From an uncultured Desulfovibrio sp. (lineage in GTDB: Bacteria > Desulfobacterota > Desulfovibrionia > Desulfovibrionales > Desulfovibrionaceae), in NCBI GenBank assembly GCA_913060505.1, contig CAJXRQ010000013.1:4162-68161 (forward strand): a DNA stretch of 64,000 nucleotides, in the 5' to 3' direction. The position numbers were made by a program, and so were the translations under genes. Numbering within the stretch: position 1 is the first letter of the stretch; each line of letters opens with the position of its first letter. The notes below the pieces were generated by a model. It saw nothing but the letters and a program-made list of their open reading frames with translations, made no database searches and was not told the origin of the DNA. Of this stretch, positions 8,936 to 18,809 are shown one piece after another.

Positions 8936-9316
8936 ATGATTCCCGCCGATCTCAAATATGCAAAAACCCACGAATGGGTTAAGGTTGTGGGCGATGTTGC
9001 CACTGTTGGCATTTCCCACTTTGCCCAGGAACAGCTTGGAGACCTTACCTTTGTGGAACTGCCCGCCGTGGGCGACACTCTGGAACAGGGAGAGGAATTT
9101 GGCTCCGTAGAATCCGTAAAGGCTGCCAGCGAGCTCTACGCACCGGTTTCCGGTGAGGTCATTGAGGTCAACGAAGAGCTTGAAGACGCACCGGAAAAAG
9201 TGAACGAATCCCCCTTTGAAGAAGGATGGTTGCTTAAAGTCCGCATTTCCGGAGAGCCTGACGGCCTTCTGGACGCGGATGCTTACGCGACCCTGATCGA
9301 ATCGGAAGCACACTAA
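8936..9316 (+). CDS. gcvH: Glycine cleavage system H protein
   Basis: [25 protein letters not shown] lipoyl-lysine motif. Confidence 0.97.
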   Translation: MIPADLKYAKTHEWVKVVGDVATVGISHFAQEQLGDLTFVELPAVGDTLEQGEEFGSVESVKAASELYAPVSGEVIEVNEELEDAPEKVNESPFEEGWLLKVRISGEPDGLLDADAYATLIESEAH

Positions 9317-9324
9317 ATATCCTG

Positions 9325-9354
9325 AAAGGGCGACCATGGAGGCCGCCCTTTTTT
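9325..9354 (+). terminator. Intra-operon terminator-like hairpin between gcvH and gcvPA
   Basis: AAAGGGCG...CGCCCTTT followed by a T-run. Confidence 0.6.
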
Positions 9355-9388
9355 CTTTGAAGCACCTTTCCAAAACAAAGGATACGAG

Positions 9389-10723
9389 ATGCCGTTTGTT
9401 CCGCATACACCGGAAGAAGTCCGGGAAATGCTGGCTGTCATCGGCGTGGATTCGGTAGACGATCTGTTCGCCGAAATCACGGAATCCATGCGGCCGCAAA
9501 GCTTTGACATACCCGAGGGCCTGAGTGAAATGGAAGTGCTGGCCAAGCTGGAAGGCATGGCTGCAAAAAACGCCACGGACAGCGCAAGCTTCCTCGGTGC
9601 AGGCTTCTATGATCATTATATCCCCGCTGCTGTGGATGCACTGACCATGCGCGGAGAGTTCTACACCGCCTATACTCCCTACCAGCCCGAAGCGAGCCAG
9701 GGCACCCTGCAAGCCATTTTCGAGTACCAGACCGCCATCTGCCGACTCATGGACATGGATTGCGCCAACGCCTCCGTCTATGACGGCGGCACAGCCATGT
9801 ACGAAGCGACCATGATGGCCGTGCGCAAGACCAAACGCCGCAAGGTGCTGATCAGCGAGGCCCTGAATCCCATCTATCGGGTCATGCTCGATTCCTACAT
9901 CACGAATCTCAATCTCGAAGTCGTGTGCGTGCCCCACAAGAACGGCCGCACGGACATCGAAGGACTCAAAGCCGCCATCGACGACAAGACCGCCGCGGTT
10001 CTGGTACAGAATCCGAACTTTTTCGGATCGGTCAACGACTTCACCGAGCTATTTAACGCCGCCCGAGAGAAGAAAGCCGTCAGCATCATCTCCAGCTACC
10101 CCGTTCTCCAGGCTCTGCTCAAAACTCCGGGACAAATGGGAGCGGACATTGCCGTGGCCGAAGGCCAAAGCCTGGGGCTGCCGCTTTCGTTCGGAGGCCC
10201 GTACCTCGGCATCATGACCTGCACCAAGAAGATGGTCCGCCAAATGCCGGGACGTATCGTGGGTCGTACGGAAGATACCGAGGGACGGACCGGTTATGTG
10301 CTGACCCTTCAGGCCCGCGAACAACACATCCGCAGGCAGAAAGCCACCTCGAACATCTGCTCCAACCAATCCCTGTGTGCTCTGCGCGCTTTGGTGCATA
10401 TGTGCGCTCTGGGAGAAATGGGCATACGCCGTGCGGCAAGACTTTCCATCGAACGTGCCCACCTGTGTGCGGAAAAACTCACCGCAATTCCGGGAGTTGA
10501 AATGCTCACCGACGGACCGTTCGGCAATGAATTTGCCATCACCCTGCCCGTCAACGCCTTTGAAATCATCTCCACCCTCTCCGAACGGGGCTTTATCCCC
10601 GGATTCCCGCTGGGCCGGTACTATGATGATTTGGACAACGGATTGCTGGTGGCCTGCACGGAAAAAACCAGTGAAGAGCAAATCGGCATTCTGGCCGAAA
10701 TGATGAGGGGGGCCTTGAAATGA
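9389..10723 (+). CDS. gcvPA: Glycine dehydrogenase (decarboxylating) subunit 1
   Basis: FLGAGFYDH, TAYTPYQPEASQG, REQHIRRQKATSNICSNQ. Confidence 0.96.
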   Translation: MPFVPHTPEEVREMLAVIGVDSVDDLFAEITESMRPQSFDIPEGLSEMEVLAKLEGMAAKNATDSASFLGAGFYDHYIPAAVDALTMRGEFYTAYTPYQPEASQGTLQAIFEYQTAICRLMDMDCANASVYDGGTAMYEATMMAVRKTKRRKVLISEALNPIYRVMLDSYITNLNLEVVCVPHKNGRTDIEGLKAAIDDKTAAVLVQNPNFFGSVNDFTELFNAAREKKAVSIISSYPVLQALLKTPGQMGADIAVAEGQSLGLPLSFGGPYLGIMTCTKKMVRQMPGRIVGRTEDTEGRTGYVLTLQAREQHIRRQKATSNICSNQSLCALRALVHMCALGEMGIRRAARLSIERAHLCAEKLTAIPGVEMLTDGPFGNEFAITLPVNAFEIISTLSERGFIPGFPLGRYYDDLDNGLLVACTEKTSEEQIGILAEMMRGALK

Positions 10724-12171
10724 AAACCATATTCGAACAATCGGTCCCGGGTCGTGAGGGTTGTTGGCCCTGCGAAGGACTCTCCGAAGAGACTTTCATT
10801 CCCAAAGAGTTGCTGAGAAACGAGGAAGCAGGACTGCCCTCAGCCGGTGAGCTGGACGTGGTCCGCCACTTCACGAAACTCTCTCAACGCAACTTCGGCG
10901 TGGATGGCAACTTCTATCCGCTGGGTTCGTGCACCATGAAGTACAACCCCAAATTCACGGAAGTTGTGGGCGCCATGCCGGGCTTCACACGGCTGCACCC
11001 GGTGCTGCCTCAATTGCAGGGAGCAGGACGCCTGTGCCAGGGCGCACTGGAAGTCATTTACGAGACCGAGCAACTGTTGTGCGAAATCACGGGCATGAAC
11101 GCCTACACGCTGCACCCCATGGCCGGGGCGCATGGAGAGCTGACGGGCGTGATGCTCATGGCTGCCTACCATCGCGACAAGGGCAACAAGAAGACCAAGG
11201 TCATCGTGCCCGACTCGGCACACGGAACCAACCCGGCCTCGGCTGCCATTGCCGGATTCGAGGTTGTCTCCATTGAATCACGCGATGGCATCATTGCCCC
11301 TGAAGCCCTGCGCGAAGTGTTGGATGACGAAGTGGCCGGCATGATGATGACCTGCCCCAACACGCTGGGGCTTTTCGAAAAGAATCTGCCTGAAATCGTG
11401 GCCATGCTGCGCGAAGTGGACGCCCTGCTCTATTACGACGGAGCCAACCTCAACGCCATTATGGGCAAGATGCGCGTGGGCGACGTTGGATTCGACATCG
11501 TTCACCTGAACCTGCACAAAACCTTTGCCACCCCCCACGGCGGCGGAGGCCCCGGTTCCGGTCCGGTGGGCGTTTCCGAGCGTGTCACTCCGTACCTGCC
11601 CGTTTCCCGAGTGCAAAAGCTTGAAGACGGCCAGTTCGTCCTGGATTACGACCACCCGAAATCCATTGGTTACGTGGCCCCGTTTTATGGAAACTTCGGC
11701 GTATTCCTCAAGGCATACTCCTATATACTCAGGCTGGGCAAAACAGGTCTGGCCCGGGCAACGGAAAACGCGGTGCTCTCTGCCAACTACATGCGCAAAC
11801 GTCTCGAAGATGCCTTCGAGATCCCCTATAACCGTACCTGCATGCACGAATTCGTGCTCAGTGCAGTGCGTCAGGCGGAAAAGGGAGTACGCGCTCTGGA
11901 TATTGCAAAGGCCCTGCTGGACAAGGGACACCACGCGCCCACCATCTACTTCCCGCTGATCGTCAAGGAATGCATGATGATCGAGCCCACGGAAACGGAA
12001 AACAAGGCAACACTGGACACCTTTGTGGACGACCTTGTTGCCATTGCGGACATGGTCCAAAGCGACCCGGAAGTGATACAAAACGCTCCGGTGACCCTGC
12101 CCGTGACCCGTCTGGATGAGACCAAAGCTGCCCGAGGCATGGAACTGACAGAGGATCTTGCCAATGCATGA
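10720..12171 (+). CDS. gcvPB: Glycine dehydrogenase (decarboxylating) subunit 2
   Basis: YPLGSCTMKYNP, SAHGTNPASA, HLNLHKTFATPHGGGGPG PLP-lysine motif. Confidence 0.96.
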   Translation: MKTIFEQSVPGREGCWPCEGLSEETFIPKELLRNEEAGLPSAGELDVVRHFTKLSQRNFGVDGNFYPLGSCTMKYNPKFTEVVGAMPGFTRLHPVLPQLQGAGRLCQGALEVIYETEQLLCEITGMNAYTLHPMAGAHGELTGVMLMAAYHRDKGNKKTKVIVPDSAHGTNPASAAIAGFEVVSIESRDGIIAPEALREVLDDEVAGMMMTCPNTLGLFEKNLPEIVAMLREVDALLYYDGANLNAIMGKMRVGDVGFDIVHLNLHKTFATPHGGGGPGSGPVGVSERVTPYLPVSRVQKLEDGQFVLDYDHPKSIGYVAPFYGNFGVFLKAYSYILRLGKTGLARATENAVLSANYMRKRLEDAFEIPYNRTCMHEFVLSAVRQAEKGVRALDIAKALLDKGHHAPTIYFPLIVKECMMIEPTETENKATLDTFVDDLVAIADMVQSDPEVIQNAPVTLPVTRLDETKAARGMELTEDLANA

Positions 12172-13525
12172 TCTGATTGTCATCGGTGCAGGACCGGGCG
12201 GTCTCGATGCGGCCATGGAAGCGGCGGAAGCCGGCCTGAAAACCGCATTGGTGGAAAAGGCTGATCTCGGCGGAACCTGCCTGAATTGGGGCTGCATCCC
12301 CACCAAGATCATGCTCGGGGCAACTTCGGCCATTGAGGAATTAGCCGGACAGACCAAGATGAAGGTTGCCTCGGGTTCCATCGACGTGGATTTCGCAGCC
12401 TTGCAAAGGCGCAAGGAAAAACTCGTTGCAGGGACACGCAAGGCAACTGCCCTGCGGCTCAAAACGCTTGGTGTGGATGTTATTTATGGAACCGCCCATG
12501 TAACAGCGCCTGGAAAGATTGAGGTCACTGGTGATACGCCCACGACTTTGGAATATGATAAACTCGTCATTGCTTCCGGCTCCAGACCGACCTTCTTCCC
12601 CGGACTGGAACCGGACAACGACGCCGTAATCGACTCCAACGGATTTCTGGCGTTGGAATCTATGCCCGAATCACTCATTGTCGTGGGAGCCGGGTTCATC
12701 GGTATTGAAATGGCACAGATCGCCCATCGTCTCGGCACAAAAATCCACATGGTGGATGCCTTGGACCGCGTGGCTGCGGCTGAAGACCCTGAAGTCTCAA
12801 AAGTCCTTGGCTCCATGTTCAAACGATGGAAATGGAACATGAGGCTTGGCGTACGGGTACAGTCTGTGACGACAAGAAATGGCAAAGCCTGTCTTCGGTT
12901 GGATTCCGGCGACGAAATCGAAGCGGACAAGGCTCTGGTTGCTGTGGGACGCGGCCCAGTCACGGACGGCATGAATCTCGAAGCATTGGGAATCACCATT
13001 GAACGTAGCGGCATCAAGATAAACGAATACCTCGAAGCCGCGCCCAACGTATATGCCATCGGCGATGTGAACGGCATAATCCAACTGGCGCATGCGGCCA
13101 GCCACCAGGCGCATTATGTGGTTTCCCGCCTGTCGGGAAAAACAGAAGCCGCCTACGTTTCCGGCCCGGTGCCTTCAATCATCTATGGCTCCCCGGAAGT
13201 CATGCATGTTGGAAAATCCGTTCATGAAGTGATTCAATCCGGCCAGCCATGCGAAGTGTCCACACTCCAGCTGGCTGCCAATCCCATGGCCCAGGCTCAT
13301 GCAGCCACACAGGGGGTTGTGAAGGTCATCTGGTCTGACGGCAAGGTAGCCGGGGTCACGGCAGTAGGACACGACGTCTCGCGTTTGACTACACCGTCCA
13401 CTATGATCGTTCAAGAGGGATGGGCGCCTGAAGACGCTTATGAAACGATCTTTCCGCATCCTTCCCTTGATGAGGCTCTCATGGGGGCGCTCAAGGCTGA
13501 AAGGAAAACGGTTTCCGCCGATTGA
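12164..13525 (+). CDS. lpdA: Dihydrolipoyl dehydrogenase (L protein)
   Basis: IGAGPGG, GGTCLNWGCIPTK redox disulfide, HPSLDE; overlaps the gcvPB stop. Confidence 0.92.
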   Translation: MHDLIVIGAGPGGLDAAMEAAEAGLKTALVEKADLGGTCLNWGCIPTKIMLGATSAIEELAGQTKMKVASGSIDVDFAALQRRKEKLVAGTRKATALRLKTLGVDVIYGTAHVTAPGKIEVTGDTPTTLEYDKLVIASGSRPTFFPGLEPDNDAVIDSNGFLALESMPESLIVVGAGFIGIEMAQIAHRLGTKIHMVDALDRVAAAEDPEVSKVLGSMFKRWKWNMRLGVRVQSVTTRNGKACLRLDSGDEIEADKALVAVGRGPVTDGMNLEALGITIERSGIKINEYLEAAPNVYAIGDVNGIIQLAHAASHQAHYVVSRLSGKTEAAYVSGPVPSIIYGSPEVMHVGKSVHEVIQSGQPCEVSTLQLAANPMAQAHAATQGVVKVIWSDGKVAGVTAVGHDVSRLTTPSTMIVQEGWAPEDAYETIFPHPSLDEALMGALKAERKTVSAD

Positions 13526-13555
13526 TCCCGCGGAAAGTAAGCAAAGATAATTATG

Positions 13556-13597
13556 ATATGGGCTGGGAAATTTTTCCCGGCCCATATTTTCTTTTTT
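13556..13597 (+). terminator. Rho-independent terminator of the gcv operon
   Basis: ATATGGGCTGGGAAA / TTTCCCGGCCCATAT stem plus T-rich tail. Confidence 0.8.
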
Positions 13598-13750
13598 ATT
13601 GCCAACGACAACTTTTTTTTGCTAAATGCTCTGTACACAATAAAGATTTTTTCTAATCAGTAAATAGACAAGGAGGAAAGTTTCCAATTTATTGGCAGTA
13701 GTAACTATTCTAATAATTATAGCATATTGCTAATATAATTTATGTTCATC

Positions 13751-13795
13751 TTGTGAAAAAATGCACTTGTCAGCATAGACAGACCGGTGTATGAG
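13751..13795 (+). promoter_or_regulatory. Putative Rex-like operator overlapping a sigma-70 -35 of the hdr-flx operon
   Basis: TTGTGAAAAAATGCACTT (13751-13768) versus consensus TTGTGAAnnnnTTCACAA; TTGTCA(13767-72)-N17-TATGAG(13790-95). Confidence 0.45.
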
Positions 13796-13957
13796 TCTTA
13801 TCTTCATGAAAGATGAGCACGAATGTATCAGGAGCTACAACGTGCACCACACACCCCGTCCGGCCTGTTCACCCGGGCGCAGAACATCCCTTTTGCCGCC
13901 TCGCGGCAACAAACGCCCAACCGGCTCCCGTATGCCGGGATGCCTTCAGGTGATGTA

Positions 13958-14515
13958 ATGCAAGTAGTAAATCTCACCAACTCCCCTGACAAAACCTTCA
14001 TGGACCGCGTGATGGAGGAAAGCGGACAGACTATTTCGCTGTGCTACCAATGTGGCAACTGTACGGCGAGCTGTCCCTACACGTTCGGGTTCGATATTCC
14101 CGTCAGCCAGGTCATGCGCCTGCTGCAGACCGGACAGAAAGAAACCGTGCTGAGTTCTTCATCCATTTGGCTCTGTGCGTCCTGCACTTCCTGCACCACC
14201 CGATGTCCAAACAACATCGATGTGGCCAAGGTCATGGACGTATTGCGCCACGAGGCCAGAAGAGAAGGATTCGTCAAGGAACGCAGGGTCAAGGCTTTCT
14301 TCGACAGTTTCCTCGATTCCGTCCGTAGCCACGGACGCGTGTTCGAGATGGGACTCATGGTCGATTACATCCGCAAAACCGGCAGGTTCTGGACCGACAT
14401 GGAATTGGGACCGAAGATGCTGCCCAAAGGCAAACTGGCCTTCAAGCCCCACAACATTCAGGGCAGGGACGCCATAGCCCGCATTTTTGAACGGTTTGAA
14501 AAGGAAGGTTCCTAG
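13958..14515 (+). CDS. hdrC: Heterodisulfide reductase subunit C
   Basis: CYQCGNCTASCP and CASCTSCTTRCP 4Fe-4S motifs; ATG 13958 with AGGTGA RBS. Confidence 0.92.
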   Translation: MQVVNLTNSPDKTFMDRVMEESGQTISLCYQCGNCTASCPYTFGFDIPVSQVMRLLQTGQKETVLSSSSIWLCASCTSCTTRCPNNIDVAKVMDVLRHEARREGFVKERRVKAFFDSFLDSVRSHGRVFEMGLMVDYIRKTGRFWTDMELGPKMLPKGKLAFKPHNIQGRDAIARIFERFEKEGS

Positions 14516-15409
14516 ATGACCAAACACACCTACTCTTACTACCCAGGATGTTCCGGCCAAGGGACGTCCATGGAGTATGAGCGTTCCACCAGAGCCGTGT
14601 GCGAAGCCGTGGGCATCAATCTGGATGAAATTCCCGATTGGAGCTGTTGCGGGTCCACCCCCGCCCACACAGTGGATCACACGCTTTCCGCTGCGCTTTC
14701 GGGACGCAACCTCGGACTGGCCGCCAAGCAGGGACACGACTGTGTGCTCACTCCCTGCCCCAGCTGCCTGACCAATCTCAAAACCGCCGGCAAGCATATG
14801 GCGGAAAGTGAGACGTTCAAGGAAAAGGTCAACCGTTTGCTGGACGAGCCGCTGGAAACAATTCCGGATACGAAATCCGTATTGCAGGTTCTTTTTGAAG
14901 ACCTTGGCCCGGACGCCCTCGCCAAGAAGGTTGCCCGGCCGTTGAAAGGCCTCAAGGTAGTAACCTACTACGGTTGCATCCTCACGAGACCTCCGGGACT
15001 CATGGACTTTGATAGTGAGGAAAACCCCATCAGCATGGACAAACTCATGCAAGCTGCCGGCGCCGAAGTTCTGCAATTCCCGCTCAAGACGGAATGTTGC
15101 GGCGCGTCACATGGCGTGGCGCGTAGGGATCTTGTCATGCGGCTTTCCGGAAAGCTGCTGGACATGGCGGATTCACTGGGAGCAGACGCCGTGGTTACGG
15201 CATGTCCGCTGTGCCAGATGAATCTGGATTTGCGGCAGGGCCAGGTAAACTCGGCGAACAACGCCAGCTACCGGTTGCCCATATTCTATTATACCCAGTT
15301 GCTGGGTTGGGCTTTGGGCCTTCCCGATGCGAGCCTCGGACTGGACAAGCTCTGTGTGGACCCTCGTCCGGCATTGCAGTCCATCTCCGCCAACAAAGAA
15401 GTGGCCTAG
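14516..15409 (+). CDS. hdrB: Heterodisulfide reductase subunit B
   Basis: YYPGCS, DWSCCG, YYGC, ECCGAS, ACPLCQMNLD (two CCG domains). Confidence 0.95.
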   Translation: MTKHTYSYYPGCSGQGTSMEYERSTRAVCEAVGINLDEIPDWSCCGSTPAHTVDHTLSAALSGRNLGLAAKQGHDCVLTPCPSCLTNLKTAGKHMAESETFKEKVNRLLDEPLETIPDTKSVLQVLFEDLGPDALAKKVARPLKGLKVVTYYGCILTRPPGLMDFDSEENPISMDKLMQAAGAEVLQFPLKTECCGASHGVARRDLVMRLSGKLLDMADSLGADAVVTACPLCQMNLDLRQGQVNSANNASYRLPIFYYTQLLGWALGLPDASLGLDKLCVDPRPALQSISANKEVA

Positions 15410-15430
15410 CAGGCGAGGGAGTCTTAACTC

Positions 15431-17392
15431 ATGAGAATCGGAGTATTCATCTGCCACTGCGGCAGCAATATCGAGGGAACCGTCGATACGGCGGAAGTAA
15501 GCCGTATTGCCCGCGACTATCCCGAAGTGGCCTTTGCCACCGACACGATGTACGCCTGTTCCGAACCCGGACAGGACGGCATCATCGAGGCAATAGGCGA
15601 ACACAAGCTTGACGGTGTGGTCGTGGCGTCCTGTACGCCCAGAATGCACGAGGCAACGTTCCGCAACACGCTGGAACGCGCTGGGCTCAACCCATATATG
15701 TTTGAAATGGCCAACATCCGCGAACATGTCTCGTGGATTGGCAAAGACCGTGAGGCCAACACCAACAAGGCTGCGGATCTGGTTCGCATGGCCGTTGAAA
15801 AGCTCAGGCGCAACCAACCGCTGATCGCCAAGGAATTCGACATTAATCGTCGTGTTCTGGTTATCGGTGGTGGCGTGGCTGGCATTCAGGCCGCACTGGA
15901 CTGCGCCGATGCCGGGCTTGAAGTCGTCATGGTGGAGCGCGAATCCACAATCGGCGGAAAAATGGCCAAGCTCGACAAGACCTTCCCCACCGTGGACTGT
16001 TCCAGCTGCATCCTGGGACCACGCATGGTGGAAATTGCCCAGCATCCGAACATCACCCTGTATGCCTGTTCCGAAGTGGATGGCGTGTCCGGATATGTGG
16101 GCAACTTCTCGGTCAAAATCAAAAAGAAAGCCCGTTACGTGGATTGGGACAAATGCACGGGCTGCGGCGAATGTGTGGAGAAATGTCCTTCACGCAAGGC
16201 ACCGAATACTTTTGACGAAAAAATCGGACCTGGCCGGGCCATCAATATCCCCTTCCCGCAGGCCATCCCCAAAAAGGCAACCATCAATGCGGAGTACTGC
16301 ATCAAGCTGACCAAGGGCAAATGCGGCACATGTGAAAAGATATGCCCTTCCAATGCCATTGATTTCCAGCAGCAGGACGAGATCATTACCGAAGAGGTGG
16401 GAGCTGTTGTAGCAGCCACCGGGTATGACCTGTTCGACTGGACCGTATACGAAGAATACGGCGGAGGCCGTTACCCGGATGTCATTACCTCCCTCCAATA
16501 CGAACGCCTGCTTTCGGCTTCCGGTCCCACCGGAGGACACGTCAAACGGCCTTCGGACGGCAAGGAGCCCAAAAACGTGGTCTTCATCCAGTGCGTGGGA
16601 TCGCGAGACAAATCCGTCGGCCGGCCCTATTGTTCGGGATTCTGCTGCATGTATACGGCAAAGCAGGCCATCCTGACCAAGGACCATATTCCCGACTCCA
16701 CTTCGTATGTATTCTATATGGACATCCGTGCGCCGGGAAAACTCTACGACGAGTTCACCCGACGGGCCATGGAGGAATACGGCGCGCAATACATTCGCGG
16801 CCGCGTGGCCATGGTCTACCCGGACGGAAAGGGCAACATGATTGTACGCGGAGCGGACACCCTGATGGGCAGGCAAGTGGAAGTTCAGGCCGACCTGGTC
16901 GTCCTGGCCGTGGGCGTGGAATCCGCGAAGAACTCGCCGCAATTGGCCGAGAAGTTGCGTATATCCTATGACTCTTACGGCTTCTTCATGGAAGGCCACC
17001 CCAAGCTCAAGCCCTGCGAAACCAACACGGCGGGCGTATACCTTGCCGGTGCCTGTCAGGGACCGAAAGACATTCCCGCTTCCGTGGCACAAGGGAGTGC
17101 CGCGGCATCCAAGGTCATCGGGCTTTTCTCCAAGGAGAAACTCAAGAGCGACCCCCAAACCGCCAACGTGGACATCAAGCGCTGCATCGGCTGCGGCAAA
17201 TGCGTGCTAACCTGTCCGTTCGGCGCCATCAAAGAGGTCGATTTCCGGGGCCAGCCCAAGGCCGAAGTCATCGAAACAGTATGTCAGGGATGTGGCATCT
17301 GCTCATCCACCTGTCCGCAGGGAGCCATCCAGCTCAGACACTTTACCGATAACCAGATTCTCGCGGAGGTTGAGGCAATATGCCGGTTCTAA
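15431..17392 (+). CDS. hdrA: Heterodisulfide reductase subunit A (bifurcating FAD/Fe-S)
   Basis: RIGVFICHCGSNI, ANIREHVSW, LDKTFPTVDCSSC, IQCVGSRD, several CxxCxxC ferredoxin motifs. Confidence 0.97.
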   Translation: MRIGVFICHCGSNIEGTVDTAEVSRIARDYPEVAFATDTMYACSEPGQDGIIEAIGEHKLDGVVVASCTPRMHEATFRNTLERAGLNPYMFEMANIREHVSWIGKDREANTNKAADLVRMAVEKLRRNQPLIAKEFDINRRVLVIGGGVAGIQAALDCADAGLEVVMVERESTIGGKMAKLDKTFPTVDCSSCILGPRMVEIAQHPNITLYACSEVDGVSGYVGNFSVKIKKKARYVDWDKCTGCGECVEKCPSRKAPNTFDEKIGPGRAINIPFPQAIPKKATINAEYCIKLTKGKCGTCEKICPSNAIDFQQQDEIITEEVGAVVAATGYDLFDWTVYEEYGGGRYPDVITSLQYERLLSASGPTGGHVKRPSDGKEPKNVVFIQCVGSRDKSVGRPYCSGFCCMYTAKQAILTKDHIPDSTSYVFYMDIRAPGKLYDEFTRRAMEEYGAQYIRGRVAMVYPDGKGNMIVRGADTLMGRQVEVQADLVVLAVGVESAKNSPQLAEKLRISYDSYGFFMEGHPKLKPCETNTAGVYLAGACQGPKDIPASVAQGSAAASKVIGLFSKEKLKSDPQTANVDIKRCIGCGKCVLTCPFGAIKEVDFRGQPKAEVIETVCQGCGICSSTCPQGAIQLRHFTDNQILAEVEAICRF

Positions 17393-17856
17393 ATGGACGC
17401 GAACTGAGAATCGTAGGATTCCTTTGCAACTGGTGCTCCTATGGCGGTGCCGACACTGCGGGCGTAGCCCGTTTTGATCAGCCCACGGACTTGCGTGTCA
17501 TCCGGGTTCCCTGTTCCGGACGCATTGATCCGCTGTTCATCGCCAAGGCATTCATGAACGGCGCGGATGGCGTACTGGTCTCCGGCTGCCATCCCAGAGA
17601 CTGCCACTACGCCGAGGGAAACTACTATGCCCGACGCAGGCTTGAAGTCTTCAAACAATTCATATCCGTACTCGGTATTGAGCCGGAACGTTTTGAATAC
17701 ACATGGGTTTCCGCTTCCGAAGGCCAACGCTGGCAGGAAGTGGTCACCAAGTTCACCAATCAGGTTCACACCCTTGGCCCGCTGGCTCCCATCCCCGAGG
17801 TCGCGCTTTCACAGCTCGCCCAAACCACAGGCACAGATATCAGGGAGGAGGCATAA
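17380..17856 (+). CDS. flxD: MvhD-like 2Fe-2S subunit FlxD
   Basis: GFLCNWCSYGGAD, RVPCSGR, GCHPRDCHY, WVSASEG. Confidence 0.9.
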   Translation: MPVLNGRELRIVGFLCNWCSYGGADTAGVARFDQPTDLRVIRVPCSGRIDPLFIAKAFMNGADGVLVSGCHPRDCHYAEGNYYARRRLEVFKQFISVLGIEPERFEYTWVSASEGQRWQEVVTKFTNQVHTLGPLAPIPEVALSQLAQTTGTDIREEA

Positions 17857-18806
17857 TGCTCGACAAGCTCAAGGAATCCATAAAGGCTGCCCTGCCGGAA
17901 CTTGATTTCGTCATGGGGTGGGGCATGGGCTATGACCCGCTTCACGCGACCCCCTTGTACATGTATGAGCCCGAAGATGTGGACAATCTGGTATGGGGAC
18001 CGCTCAACGTACATAACCTGGCCGTGCATCTGCCATCTCTCAAGGGCAAAAAGGTCGGCATCGTGGTCAAGGGCTGTGATAGCCGTTCGGTCGTGGAGCT
18101 CTTGCAGGAAGGACTCATAAACCGTGAGGACGTGGTCATTTTCGGGGCGCCCTGCAACGGAATCGTGGATATGTCCAAAATCCGCAAAGCTGTGCCCGAC
18201 GCCCACTTTGTCCACTCGGTGGAAACCGATGACAACGGCTTGACCATTACCACGGACAAGGACACACACAAACTGTCCCTTGCCGAAGTCATGGCTGACA
18301 AATGTACACGCTGCCGTTTCCCCAACGCAGTCGTCGCCGACCATTTTGTCGGGGAAAAGCGTGAACCCACGGTAGAAAATGATGCCTATGAAGATCTGGA
18401 ATCATTCGAGTCACAGGGCTTTGAAGAACGCCGCGACTTCTGGATGACCGAAATGGATCGTTGCATCCGGTGTTACGCCTGCCGCAACGCCTGCCCATTG
18501 TGCGTGTGCCGGGACCACTGCGTGGCCCAGAGCCGCAACCCGCATTGGGTCAGCCAGCGGGACGGCGTGCGTGACAAGTTCATGTTCCAGATCATCCACG
18601 CCATGCACATGGCCGGACGCTGCACGGAATGTGGCGAATGCGAACGGGCCTGCCCCATGGACATTCCCGTGCTTCTGTTAAAGCGCAAGCTCGGCACGGT
18701 CATTCATGACCTCTTCGATTACGACTCCGGTCTGGATGCCGAAGCCCGGCCTCCGCTGCTGGCTTTCAAGCTCGAAGAAGAATCCATCAAGGAAAAGGAC
18801 TGGTAA
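17856..18806 (+). CDS. flxC: Fe-S subunit FlxC
   Basis: ATG overlaps the flxD stop (TAATG) after GGAGG; KGCDSRS, CIRCYACRNACP, CTECGECERACP. Confidence 0.88.
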   Translation: MLDKLKESIKAALPELDFVMGWGMGYDPLHATPLYMYEPEDVDNLVWGPLNVHNLAVHLPSLKGKKVGIVVKGCDSRSVVELLQEGLINREDVVIFGAPCNGIVDMSKIRKAVPDAHFVHSVETDDNGLTITTDKDTHKLSLAEVMADKCTRCRFPNAVVADHFVGEKREPTVENDAYEDLESFESQGFEERRDFWMTEMDRCIRCYACRNACPLCVCRDHCVAQSRNPHWVSQRDGVRDKFMFQIIHAMHMAGRCTECGECERACPMDIPVLLLKRKLGTVIHDLFDYDSGLDAEARPPLLAFKLEEESIKEKDW

Positions 18807-18809
18807 GCC

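Noticed and set aside
15431-17856. Selenocysteine in HdrA or FlxD (MvhD-like)
   Set aside because: Both ORFs are continuous with Cys at the relevant positions and have no in-frame TGA.
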